Below are positions 1 through 12,400 of a stretch of DNA of 64,000 nucleotides, piece after piece. A model generated the notes under the pieces. The model had not been told where the DNA came from, made no database searches, and saw nothing but the letters and a program-made list of their open reading frames with translations. The stretch comes from Lingula anatina (lineage: Eukaryota > Animalia > Brachiopoda): NCBI GenBank assembly GCA_051362555.1, contig CM120640.1, forward strand, positions 20,336,001 through 20,400,000, given 5' to 3'. Position 1 is the first letter of the stretch; each line of letters opens with the position of its first letter. Both the position numbers and the translations under genes were made by a program.

Positions 1-486
1 GATGCAATGTCCAGACACCCCTGTCATCAATGTGGCCGGTGCGAAGAACCAGACCTACAGGGATCCATACTGAAGAAGAGATAGGTGAAAGCAGAGTGGG
101 TCCAACCCAAAACAGCATTTGTCCATACTATCAAGATTGACCACACATTTAGCCTAGCAAATATTGAAGAGCTACAAAAGCAAGATCCAGACATACAGCC
201 TGTGATAGAAGCCATGAAAATTGGTAAAAAGCCTACCTCTGAAGATGTAGTACCCCATTTTCCTGCCACAAGAACTTACCTAGGGTTCTGGGATCAGCTT
301 CTTTTGAAAGAAAATTTTTTATGTCGACAGAATAAAGAGGAGCAAACCAATAGTGGAAAGACAGTCATTATCATAATATACTCTATGAGACAAACCATCT
401 TATGCGGAAGTCATTCAGACCCAATGGCGGGTCATTTTGGGAAGAACTGTACACTTGATCATATCAAGCAACATAATTGGTGGGCT

Positions 487-715
487 GGAATGCAAGATTT
501 TCGGGCTTGGTGTCCGAGTTGCTCGACTTGTGCTACTACTCAGTTTGAGGGGAAGAAAATGAATGGTGCTCTACAGCAGTCATTAGCAGGCATGCCTACG
601 GAATGCAAGATGATGTTCGGGCTTGGTGTCTGAGTTGCTCGACTTGTGCTGCTACTCAGTTTGAGGGGAAGAAAATGAATGGTGCTCTACAGCAGTCATT
701 AGCAGGCATGCCTAC
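487..715 (+). repeat. 113-bp tandem duplication inside the integrase coding region
   Basis: GGAATGCAAG...GCAGGCATGCCTAC occurs at 487 and again at 600, which explains the repeated peptide in the two ORFs. Confidence 0.92.
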
Positions 716-1398
716 AGAGAGAGTTGGTATCGACATTTTGGGACCCTTTCCCAAAACAAAACGTGGAAATCGGGTCATTTTGGTAGTAGCTGATTACTTC
801 ACCAAGTGGGTGCAGGCTTTTCTTCTTCCTAACCAAGAAGCTGAAACCGTGGCAACAGTGTTAGTAGAACAATTCGCAAGCAGGTTCGGAATTCCTGAAA
901 GCTTGTATTCCGACCAGGGCCGAAATTTTGTATCGCGAGTGATGAAAGAGATGTTCTCGATTTTAGGTATTACAAAAAACGCGCACTACACCCTTCAACC
1001 CCAAGTCCAATGGTTTGGTTGAATGTTTCAAATGAACATTAACCCAGTGCTTATCAAAGTTGCCCTAACCTCATGCACGACAGCCTGACTGGCACACAAA
1101 GTTACCCTACGTGTTAATGGCATACTGCAGTTCAGTTCACAGCATTACAAGTGAAACACCCAGCACGCTGATTTTGGGGAAAGAGGTCAAACTACCGATT
1201 GATTTAATTTTCGAAGATCTACCAAAAGAGAACGAGGTTATAGATTATGCTTGGAAGCTGCGCAGCAGTCTGAATGAAGCCAGGATTCGTGCATGCAAAA
1301 CTATGAAGTGTAGTCCGACAAAAGGCATGTCATGATCGTCTGATACAAGGGGAACCATATAGGGTTGGCGACCAAGTATGGCAGAAAGTGAATAACAG

Positions 1399-3563
1399 AC
1401 AAGGCAGCAAAGCTGTCAAATGTACAGACAAAAAGCAGGAAATAACAAAAAAGGCTACTGTCAATTCTGATGCAAAAGTACATTTTGTTAAACTGCAAAT
1501 TCAACATCAAATTTTAATTATGCTCAACAGGTAAAATACATCTGTGTCTGTACATAAAAACGGCATTTCTTTAAAATAATGGCCCGATTATGCTGATTTT
1601 TGAACTCAACCTGCGATTTAGCAGGAATGACCACTCCTGTGAGTTTAATGACAATTGGCCTATCTGTTTTTCTTATATTGTGTTTACAGTGTTGCATATA
1701 TGCTGAAAAGTGAAAAAAAAAGCATAACTACTAAAATAGTGGCCCGATCATGCCGATTTTTGAACTTGACCTGCGTTTTAGTAAGATCAATTACTCTGCA
1801 TTTTAGTCCTGTATTTCTTTTTTGAAAGTTTGACAATCATAAGTAACATGGTTTTCCCATAATGGTCATCTTGGCAGCAGCACCCAAAATTGTGTTTTCT
1901 TCTATTCTGATGCAATATTACATAATGGTTAACAGCAAAATGACCGTTAATTTTTAATAATAAAATACACGTATCATGGATTTTCAGAAAATGTGACTAG
2001 CATGGGTCTTCAAGCCCGTGGAACATGCCGATTTTCGAACTTGACCTGTGTTATAGTAAGATCAATTACTCCTGTGATTTTCATGACAACAGGCCTATCG
2101 GTTTTCCTTAAAATGTGTTTACAGTGTTGAATATATGCTGAAAAGTGAAAAAACAGCATAACTTCTACAATAATGGCCCGATCATGCTGATTTTCGAACT
2201 TGACCTGCATTTTATGAATATTCATCAGCTCTGTAAATATACAGCCAAAAAGTAAAACTGCCTTCCACTTATCATGTTTACAATGAAAGTGCACGGTGTC
2301 GGCACCGGCGACGACGGCAACGACAGACGCAGGTGATGGCAATATATACAGACACATCTGTACATATTTACTGTACTGTTTGAGAACAGTAAGTGACATG
2401 GTTTTTCTTAAATGGTCATCCTGGGAGCAGTGCCCAAAATAGTTTTTTTTCAAATTTTGATGCAATATTACATAATGTTTAACAGCATAATGACCATCAA
2501 TTTTTAATAATAAAATATTAGTATCATGGACATTCAGAAAATGTGACTAGCAAAGGTCTTCAGGCCCATGGAACTTCAAAGTCACAACTTGAAAATGCCA
2601 GAATGTAAACAAGACAGCACTGTTCTGAAATGTTTTTTTTTCCCATTTTTAACACTTTTTTTAACATAAAACAAAATTAACAGGTTACTGCCATTTTTAT
2701 ACGATCAACTAAGAAAATTGATGAGATGGGAAAAATATCAATACAACAGTGTTAAATGTCCAATTTCCTCCATTCTGAGATTCTGAACATAGTGAATGAT
2801 TGAATCTGACAAAGTGCAATGATATGAGTTTATTTCCATTTTGGAAACTTTATTACACAATACATGATAACAAGTTTACCATCATTTTTACATAATCAAC
2901 TAACAATGTTGTAAAGATGCAGGAAATGTCAAACAAACACTTTTACGTATCTTATTAGTTCATTAATGAGACTGTTAACATGCCTAACAGTTGAATCTGA
3001 GGAAATTTGAAAAAACAGCATAACTTCTAAAATAATGGCCCGATTATGCTGATTTTCGAACTCAACCTGCGTTTTAGTAAGATTGACCACTCCTGTGAGT
3101 TAAATGACAATTGGCCTATCTGTTTTACTTATATTGTGTTTACAGTGTTGTATATATATGCTGAAAAATGAAAAAACAGCATAACTACTAAAATAGTGGC
3201 CCGATCATGCCGATTTTCGAACTTGACCTGCGTTTTAGTAAGATTGATTACTCCTGTGAGTTTCATGACAACAGGCCTAATGGTTTTCCTTAAAATGTGT
3301 TTACAGGGTTGCATATATGCTGAAAAGTGAAAAAACAGCATAACTTCTACAATAATGGCCCGATCATGCTGGTTTTCGAACTTGACCTGCGTTTTATGAA
3401 TATTCATCAGCTCTGTAAATATTAAGCCAAAAAGTAAAACTGCCCTCCACTTATCGTGTTTACAAGGAAAGTGCACGGCGCCGGCATCGGCATCGGCGAC
3501 GGCGACGGCGACGACAGACGCAGGTGATGGCAATATGTACAGACACATCTGTGTCTGTACATA
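1399..3563. mobile_element. Non-autonomous Helentron/HINE-like composite element with ~160-bp internal tandem units
   Basis: Repeated units (AAAAAACAGCATAACT...GGCCCGAT...TTTTCGAACTTGACCTG) and CGGCGA-type microsatellites at ~2300 and ~3480. Terminal 13-bp hairpin TATGTACAGACAC-ATCT-GTGTCTGTACATA (3534-3563), with a matching subterminal TGTACAGACA at 1421. Inserted next to an A-run with no clear TSD. Confidence 0.65.
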
Positions 3564-3752
3564 AAAAAGGGGCTTAGTCCAAAACTTCAGGTTAAATGGC
3601 AGGGTCCATTCACCGTCTTTGGATTGCCAACAGAATTGGTGTATGAAATTCATAGTAGATCAAAACTGCACACTATGAGCAGCTTAAACCATGTAACGGC
3701 TGTTTATCAGTTTATTAAAGACTCAGTCTTTTTTTTGTATTTTGATCTGTTT

Positions 3753-3794
3753 GTGCCCCTGATGAGGCCTCCGGGCCGAAACAGCTGTAGGGAC
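3753..3794 (+). ncRNA. Minimal type I hammerhead ribozyme (Penelope-like-element type)
   Basis: Stem I CCC/GGG (GTGCCC...GGGAC), core CTGATGA 3759-3765, stem II GGCC-TCCG-GGCC, GAAA 3778-3781, loopless palindromic stem III ACAGCTGT, and cleavage triplet GTA ending at 3789. Confidence 0.85.
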
Positions 3795-3841
3795 TTATGT
3801 AAATTAAAATGGAGAGAACAGACTAACTTTGTTCGGTTCCT

Positions 3842-3847
<6 letters not shown>

Positions 3848-3892
<45 letters not shown>
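3848..3892. repeat. (TC)n(TA)n compound microsatellite
   Basis: Read directly from the sequence. Confidence 0.95.
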
Positions 3893-3893
<1 letters not shown>

Positions 3894-4778
3894 AAATTTA
3901 TTTATTTAAGACCCCAGATCTGAATGTTCTACTTGTTTGTTAATGTTGTTAAATGTTTTGCTCTTTATCATATGTACCTGTAATTGATTATGTCCGATTC
4001 AGTGATTGTGTAGGCAGTCTTAAATAAACCTGACGCTTAAAATTTGCAGGTACCAAACCAAAAACACCCAAAATTGAGAAGCGCCACTATTTGCCAAAGT
4101 GGGAGATTGGAAGACCATGGCTGACCTACAAAAATGGGCTTATGTTTTGTATTTGGTGCAAACAGTTTAAAGAAGAAATCATGAGAAAAAATTCAGTTGT
4201 CACCAGTAATGATTAATGGGTCGTCAAGCTTTAAATTAGAAACAATTAAGACTCACGAGAAAAGCAAGACTCACCTAATGTCTTCAGATATGTATATAAA
4301 TGTAATTGAAAAACCAGCTGCAAACATATATTGTGCAATATGTTTGGACTAAAGAATAAACAAATAGCTTTCAAAAAAGTTTTTTTAACCTTATCTTTAT
4401 TTGCAAGACTTATAACCAACTATGCAGCATTGGTACCTGATAACATCTCAATCATCAGTCATTACCACATGGCCTGCACTTTATTAATAAAACAGGCCAA
4501 AGTCTGGTTTGTACATTTTCAGTTTGGCCTATATCTTTCAAAACTCACTGGCCAAATTTTCCTGTGCTATTTCAAAAGAAGGTCAAACACTGCTGTTAGA
4601 AACTAAGTGATGTCCACGAAGTCCAGGAGCCACAAGCCAAGTGAGGGATCCCTGACAGAGAGTGCCACCTGTGGTGGAGCCCACCAGAAGTTGACAACCA
4701 TGATTTGAAGCTCGGGTAAAAACGCTGGGTTTGAAGAGGGGAAGCCATGGAGGAAGACAATAGATGCACTGTCCAGTC

Positions 4779-5020
4779 CTCTGATGATTTTTTTTAAAGT
4801 TGCCGACTGTGTTGAAATCCGAGACGAGAAGTCTGAAGAGTTCTAGGCAACTTGCCGAAACACTGTGATTTGCCCGGCTGAGACAGCCGGATGAGCGGTT
4901 CTAGACCTGGAGTCTGATGATTTTTTTAAGCTGCTGACTGTGTGTCGAAGGCCCAGACGAGAAGTCTGAAGAGTCCTAGGCAACTAGCTGAACCACTGTG
5001 ATGTGCCCGGCTGAGACGGA
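4779..5020 (+). repeat. Diverged two-copy tandem repeat (period ~133 bp), possibly within an LTR-like segment
   Basis: CTGATGATTTTTT...GACGAGAAGTCTGAAGAG...CACTGTGAT.TGCCCGGCTGAGAC occurs at 4781 and 4914. Confidence 0.8.
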
Positions 5021-5338
5021 CATACTAGCCGTCAAATGATAAACTTTGCTTGTATGCTATTGAAATTTTTTATGATTATCAATTTCTACATTAAAGCTGT
5101 TTGTCTTTACTTGAAATCCACTCTTGTTGTTCGTACTGGGGATATACTTTCCCTGGGGAAACTAAACATCTCTCCTGTCCCCCCCAAAAAATCACATGCC
5201 CACAGGGCCCTCGCGGGGAGGGGTTGCATCACAATTTATTGCTGACATAAATTGCCATACATGTGGATGTTGTATGTGACTAACAAGTTCAGTCCAATGG
5301 GAGGTAGGTTGAATCTTTGGAGTGGGGAGGAAGAGGTG

Positions 5339-5349
5339 CAGGCCCGTAG

Positions 5350-5414
<65 letters not shown>

Positions 5415-5559
5415 GGGGGGTTCGAAAGAACCGCCCCTTTTGCTGGGAAAAGGTCCACTCTGGGTAAAATTTGATCTAGGTACATGAAGTTTTCATCAGA
5501 AAAGGTCCACTTTTTCAGAAAACGAACCCCCCCTTTTGAAATTGCTGGCTACGGGCCTG
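5339..5559. mobile_element. hAT-like MITE with 13-bp TIRs, a 5-bp TSD and an internal 62-nt G run
   Basis: TIR CAGGCCCGTAGCC / GGCTACGGGCCTG, flanked by AGGTG on both sides. Poly-G at 5352-5413. Confidence 0.85.
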
Positions 5560-6423
5560 AGGTGGGTAGTAGAGCTTGGGGTTTTGGTAATTGCTTTAGG
5601 CTCCTGCGAGAGAGGAAAGGAGGATAAGGGGGAATAGCTCAAAGTAAACAAGACTGCCTCAGTTATTCCTGTTTTCTCACTTAGCTAAAAATATGAGGCA
5701 TAGCCTTACACAATACTCACAAAGTTCTGCACTATGAACTTAAAACATGGGAAAACAAAAGAAAACAATTAATAACGACTGCTTCTGATCAGTTTTCTCA
5801 AATAGCATGTGAATAAATGAAAAAACTTAAGTAATAATATTTCATGATTAAATTGGTGTGTAAAAAATGAGAAGCAAATATGATGAATTAAGTTTATCTC
5901 CAAACCATAAATAAATAATTACATGCAATGCATACATATTTACATATACATAGTAAATCATTATATTTTTGAACTCTAAAAAGTTCATGTTCCAGTCATT
6001 AGAAGTTTATGAAAAGTCCAAACTGTGGCAGATAAACGTCTTTTTTCTGTCTGGATGTAAATACACTTAACTAAGTCCTTGATGTATATACAATCTAAAA
6101 GAGCCAGAGTTTCTTTTGTTGAAATAAAACCAGTTCTGACATCATTTGTAAATATCATAACAGAAATATCTAATCACAGCCATTCTATTTCTACACAGTT
6201 AATAAAAAGAGGTTCAATACTTCAATGACATATAGCCCTATCCATTACATACACCTTACATCCTCCATTTGGAGTAAAACCAGAAATACAACCAATGAGA
6301 GCATCCAAAATATACATCATTACAATCTTAATTGTGTTAGTTTTAAACAGTCAACATGTATGCACCATAATTTTTGCTGTTCCCAGCAAGCAGCTCAGGT
6401 AACACATAGTTAGTAGTGGTTGT

Positions 6424-9400
6424 CTAGTTACAGTCATATTCATTGAGGAGGAAATGCTGCACAAACTGGCTTCTCTTGCTGTACTCTTGGGACTTGGCTC
6501 GCTTATTGCTTCCCTCTGGTGGTGGGCGGAGAACAACACCGCCAAACAGAGGGGCTGAAATAATTTATCACCAACACATTAAAAAATATAAATACAATGT
6601 TTGCGCCTCTAAAGTAAACGAATAAATAATCAATTACAAAAGCCTAAGAGATTGAAACTTTTTTCACTTTATTCTGCAGTAACATAAATCAAAACTTGCA
6701 CCAAGACAATCTTAAAAGTGTGACATTACTTTTCACAATCAACTTGCTGAACTCATGATTTTAATGATTTTGTGAAATTGGAATTGATACATCTTTTTTC
6801 TCCTATCTGGTAAATACCTACCCAGTATGCCAACATCTACTCCATTGACCTGCTTGTACTTGAGCAACTCCCTAAGAAATGCCATGATGTAAACAAAGAC
6901 ATTGTGGTGGGCAGGAGGCATATGGAGCAGGATCTGAAATTAAATGAATTAGGAATCAAAGAATGAACTTTAGAAGAGTACTCAACAACAGACAAATGGA
7001 TTGAGTGAAAATAAACCTTTAAGTCAGTGGTGCTATATGGGGTACTAATTCTGGGCAGAGATTGACAAGTATTATCTGGGTTTCCAGGTAAAACACTTAA
7101 GGACAAATCTGAACCTTGAAACTAGGCAGGCAGGTTAGCACATGCACTGATATTACAAAAAGAAAATAAAATGCATACGACAAATTAGTCAGCGTCACAC
7201 AAAACAACAACAAAGGACAAACCTTTTTACATGTTTCAAAATCTATTGCAGAATCTAGACACGGCTGGTAAAGATCATATGGAATGACAGGCTCTGGCAG
7301 TGCCTCCAAGAACATGAGCAAAGCTTCAGCAGCAGAATGGACACTTCCAGCTGGTGGAGGTTAAGGAATTGAACTACACCACTATGGAATAAGAATTTAT
7401 GAGTCTCACTGTAAAAACGTATTCCTTATTTTTTTCAGCACGGATCTATACCTTGAAAAAAGATATTTCAAACTTTCACCATAGACAAAAAAATGCAATC
7501 ATGACATTCAATAGGCCATATTTGATAACAGAAAAAAAAAAAAAAAGCATTTCTCTTATGACGTGAAAATATTTTGCAGACTGACCAACTCAAACAAGTC
7601 AATTATCCCATGGTCATCCTTGTATTTAACTTGATATATTCACGCTCTGGGGGTCATGTCAAGGATACACATGGTGTCGGGGGTCCCTGTGTCCAGACAG
7701 TCCCGGATCCACTGGATCTCGGTATGTAAACCAGGCTGCTGGAACAACTCCTCCTGAAAGCAATGAGTAAAAAACCTCTCAAATATGAAGTAGTTCAATT
7801 TTATATTATTTTAATACTGGGCCATGACGGTGCACTGAATCAGCATTTGCTAATTATTACAGGGAGTGGTATTTCTTTACTAGTAAATTGCTTTATGCTT
7901 TATATAAAACATAAAGGACGACAATCTGTTTACCAATTCTGTTTAACTTAATGAATGCTAATTTTCAAGTTTCCCAGTCTGTATCACATTTGATGCTCTC
8001 AATCTGAATAACACTTTATATGTAGTAACAGTGACATTTGAGGCCTTTTATGTGGCTCTGCTTGTGATGTCCTCTTACCTCCTCTTTTCCTTGCTTGTAT
8101 ATGTAGTCCACCAGCCTGTACAATTCTTTTGGAATATCAAGTGGTTCTACATTGTCTCCAAAGAAAGACTTCCTCTTCTCACCAGCAGGAGATGTAGGAA
8201 TATGTTCCTGAAGAACATATCAGGCCTCATGTTTTGTTTGGTTAATTATTAACCATTTATCTTATATCATACAAGTGTCATAAGATAAGAAACTAATGAT
8301 GTTCATGCACATGATGTTTTTTTTTCATTTTCTTTTATTATTCATAAAAATAAAACTTAACTGTCACTTAAAAATATATAGAACTTTTATAAGAGACCAA
8401 CCAAACTGATAAGGGTGTCTGTGGGTATCTCTCTTATCGGGTCCACCATATTGACTAGACTCTCAATGGAGGAACCAAAACAACTTGGGGTATATGAACC
8501 AGTTACAGAAATGTTGGCAGAGTTAAGGATTTAAATGCACAAGTTAACGGAGTGTATCAGGCCACCATTGAATAGAACAAACAAGTTATTATTATTCAAT
8601 AATCAGCTATGTCAAAATTGGAGTGTTCATTTGGTACTACTTCACCATAGGTCTATAGATAAGATTGAAAAGAGCTACTTCATACTTTCATAATAGAAAA
8701 AAAGATTTTTAAAAAGATGGCAGTTGATATGTTACCATTTCTGGCAGAAAGAAATGAGTATTTATTTATCACTTTTCAAGATGAGAAATAATATTCTGTG
8801 GATATGGATTTCACAACGTACGAATAACACATAATATAGTGTGGTTTAAGGATATAAAGAAGTCTTTCCCTCCTTCTAAATGAAGCACCAATATGTCCTC
8901 TATTGTATCATCCCCTGCATTGAGAGTTGGGGCTGTATCTTTGTTCACATAAACTTCCAAATCAATAGTCACAGAATCCCCTGTAAAAAACAAACAGAGC
9001 AATCATCTGAGAAAATATCATTAAAAGAATAATAAAAGAAAACCTAATTAACTTAGACTGAACCTAATAAGAGAAAAGATTCCAAAGAAGAGCACATCAG
9101 CAATCATTATATTACTACTATAAAGACATATTACTTACCCAGATTATTATGATTATATACTTTAAACAAATCTAATATCCAGGATATGTAAAAGCACAAG
9201 AGGAACACAGTTTACAAAAACTTACAAATTAGCTTATACAGACCGAGTGACTGACAGACACACAAAGACACACACTGCTTCAAAACAGAGCAGAAATCTG
9301 GTAAAATGTCTTACCCATCAGAATATCAGCAGAAAACGGTTTGACAGATAGCCAAGGTTTACAGAAAGATTTCTCCTTTAATTTGTTGATGAATTCAAAA

Positions 9401-12400
9401 TGCACAGGAACCTGAAAAGGAATTTTCAAAACCCACAATTCACATATTTCAGATTTGTGACAAGTTGAGTGGTTTGAAAATATATTTTCAACATATTTGT
9501 CAACATATTTTTGCCATGATCTTTTTCCTTTCATATCTGTACATAAATCACTTTTTCGTTGAAAAGGTATACAAAAATCAACCTACATACCTGTCCAGTA
9601 TTTGTGATTTGTAATGTTTTTGCCTGTGGCTCAATAAATAGAACATTCTCAAATTTAACCTAAAAATGAAAGAGCAATTCTTGTAAACATCAAGTGTAAG
9701 AACCAGAAAAAAAAAAAAAGAAACAGAATGTTTGCCTCACTTGATCCAATTTAAATATTGCTTTCGTGACACTAACATCAATTCAGAAATGCTATTATTC
9801 TTAAGTTTCATCTTATCTCCATCTCAACTAAAGAAAATTTACCTCATATTTGTCTAAGGTGACTGATGGTAAAAACTCATTTTCTAGTCTGTCCAGTTTT
9901 TTCATCATTTCCTCATATGTTTTTCGGTATAATTCTATGTCAATCTTCTTTACCTAGAAAGGAAAAACACCGATAATCCATTTTAGTGATATTTTAATTT
10001 TCAAGCACCAAATAAATTTTAAAATCTTTTAAACTGTGATTCAAAAATGAATTTGACTCTTTTTAATGTAAAATTTAATTTACTCTATTTTGTATTTAGC
10101 TTTTAGCTATAATATCTTTATCTTACCAAAATAATCAATTTTATATATTCATGTTACACCCTTATTTGGACACAATAAGCTAAAATACAGAATAGGTAAT
10201 TTTTGGTGAGCGTGTCTGAAAAATCACACCAAAGCAAAATTGAAGAAGAAACAAAAAAGGAAAATCTCACGGACTTGTGCCTACAAGGAAGGAATTAATG
10301 TTCACCTTGACAGAGAAGTATGCACTGACTGGTTTGTGGTCACTAGTCTTCAGTATGGGATGACTCCTGTATGCTTCATTCTCTATATGCTCTCCCTTCC
10401 ACATCACCCTGTCACACCAGGCGGGGCACCGGCACTTCTCACTGTGAAGGGAATTTTACCACATTTCAAGGGACAGTACAGGCATTCTTGTCCCTCTAAA
10501 AAACTAATTTACTCCAGCACAAACATAAAATTACAGTTTGTCTGAAATGGTACTTCAATTGGTTGTCGTTTTATACCTAGTTTGGTATCCACCTGAAATT
10601 TTTGTGCTTAAAGTGATAAAATTTACTGATAATTTACAGGCTTCGGTTTTTCTTCCCAGGCCTACATGAGTTTAGACTGAAGAAAAAAAATAACAAACCA
10701 TGTGGATACCTTGTATCCCATGAGTCAGTCCCTGTGTCATATTTATATGTTGGTTTGAACTTGATGGGTGCCTCTTCATAGTCTAAAAATACATTCTTCA
10801 GAGATCGTTGTTGAATAAGCTGAAAAATTAAAACTATACTACAGTAGAGCACCACGAACCATCTAAACATGTATTTCATCCAATTTTTAAGTTGCTACAT
10901 TCATCGAATATATACAAAATCTCAATGTGTAAAATCTGGAACCTAAAATTAAAGTTAAAAAAATTTATATTTATGATAGACAAACAATCTAATTAATAAA
11001 TAGACAAGATTTTTTTCACTCATCATGTTCTTTATTCCAAAAAATATGAAAGGGAACTCATTACCTGGTCATATTCATACAACACGCTGTAATTACCAGC
11101 ATCACATTCTTTCTTCACTCTCTCAAGATCAAGACCACTTATCCTGTAGTTTAGGTCACCCAACCAGAATATGCGACTGAAAAAAAAAAATTTTGGACTA
11201 AATGTATAAGCATGTATTACATACAACTGAGAGAGCATAAACAGCAGGAAAAAGGTAAGGAAATAAAAGGTCTAATTGCATTGTTGAAATTATTACATAA
11301 ATGATGTAAAAGTGCATCATCATCTAAAATTCCATTGCTAGGGGAAGAACACTGTGCCTGAAATGATCAGTTTTATTCTTTCTTTTTTTTTCTGTATTCT
11401 ACATATAAGAGCTATAAATTTCCTCCACATTATATAATCTTCTACACACCATAAGAAAGTACAGTTACCAATTTGTCATTGATATTTGGGAAAAAATCTA
11501 TATATTAGCATACTTACTCGTGATCAGTGATAGATTGTGGATTGTCATAGCCAAGCAGATCACGAAACTGCAGGCGAGAATTGATATCCCTGTAATCCTG
11601 GAAAAAAAACTTGTGGTATTAAACATACATATATCTTTTAATGACAAAATCATAAAAATTTCAATAATTTCTTTTTCTAATCATATAAATCAAATTATTT
11701 AATGAAAAGAGTAGAGAATTCTTTCATTTATGCTGTGTAAACAACTTGTAAGCTGTTCAAAAAAATTTGTACATGCAGAGTGACAGGGGAAGACAAACCT
11801 GGTTCCTCCTCTCATACTCCTCCATGTGTGCTGCCAGGTGGCTGTTGATGATACAGAATGAGGTGTCAAACAGTTCAAATCTCACGGCCACACCACCTTT
11901 ATTACCCTGCAGAGTAATTTCAAACACAAATTAGGAGTAAAATCATATGTTTGTAACAGATAAATACAACAATAAATAACTTTCTAAAAACATTCAAATT
12001 TCAAGAAAAAAATTGCGCAATATATGTGTTATCTATGAATACCTGCAGGTTATTTAATTAAATGCCAGTACATAAAAATTATGAGGACTCTCTGCATAAA
12101 ATATCAAAATTGAGTTTACTTTACTTAGTGATATCCCCCCCCCCCCCAAAAAAAAAAAAAAAAAAAAAAACCTCAAGTAAAAATGTGCAATTGTGTGTTG
12201 GCTAAAGGTCTACTGCTCCACATAAAAACAATTAGCAGTGAAACGGTAAAAAATATTGCATACACTGTACCATTAATCTTATACCAATGTCTTCCCCAAA
12301 TCCATACGTAAGACACCCTCATGTAGACTTACCATCATCCCAAGTAGCCCTGTCCCCACCTGTTCTGCCTTCACCTTCTTAATGTGGTGTGTCAGTTCTT

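Larger units (their letters stand above)
1..3690 (+). mobile_element. Degenerate Ty3/Gypsy LTR retrotransposon pol (integrase) remnant, interrupted by an insertion at ~1399-3563
   Basis: HHCC zinc finger (HSDPMAGHFG...CPSCSTC) and integrase core (VGIDILGPFP...VVADYFTKWV...YSDQGRNF) in ORFs 85-633 and 603-1022. A further piece lies at 1111-1335, with frameshifts and stops. The C-terminal GPY/F motif KKGLSPKLQVKWQGPFTV resumes at ~3564. Confidence 0.93.

Noticed and set aside
2190-2230. Minus-strand CTGATGA...GAAA resembling a hammerhead core (also at ~3375-3410)
   Set aside because: Stem II cannot close and there are no flanking stems.
2010-3653. 151-aa and 174-aa minus-strand ORFs with repeated peptides
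   Set aside because: Chance open frames in the tandem units of the HINE-like element.
5192-5485. Poly-Pro and poly-Gly ORFs
   Set aside because: Translations of the G run inside a MITE.
6340-6426. Stop-codon readthrough of INPP5B/OCRL (frame stays open ~27 codons after TAG)
   Set aside because: The context TAG-ACA is not a known leaky signal and there is no conservation evidence.
10442-10709. Possible fourth U12 intron (donor GTATCCAC)
   Set aside because: The donor lacks the +7/+8 TT and there is no properly spaced TCCTTAAC branch site; treated as U2.
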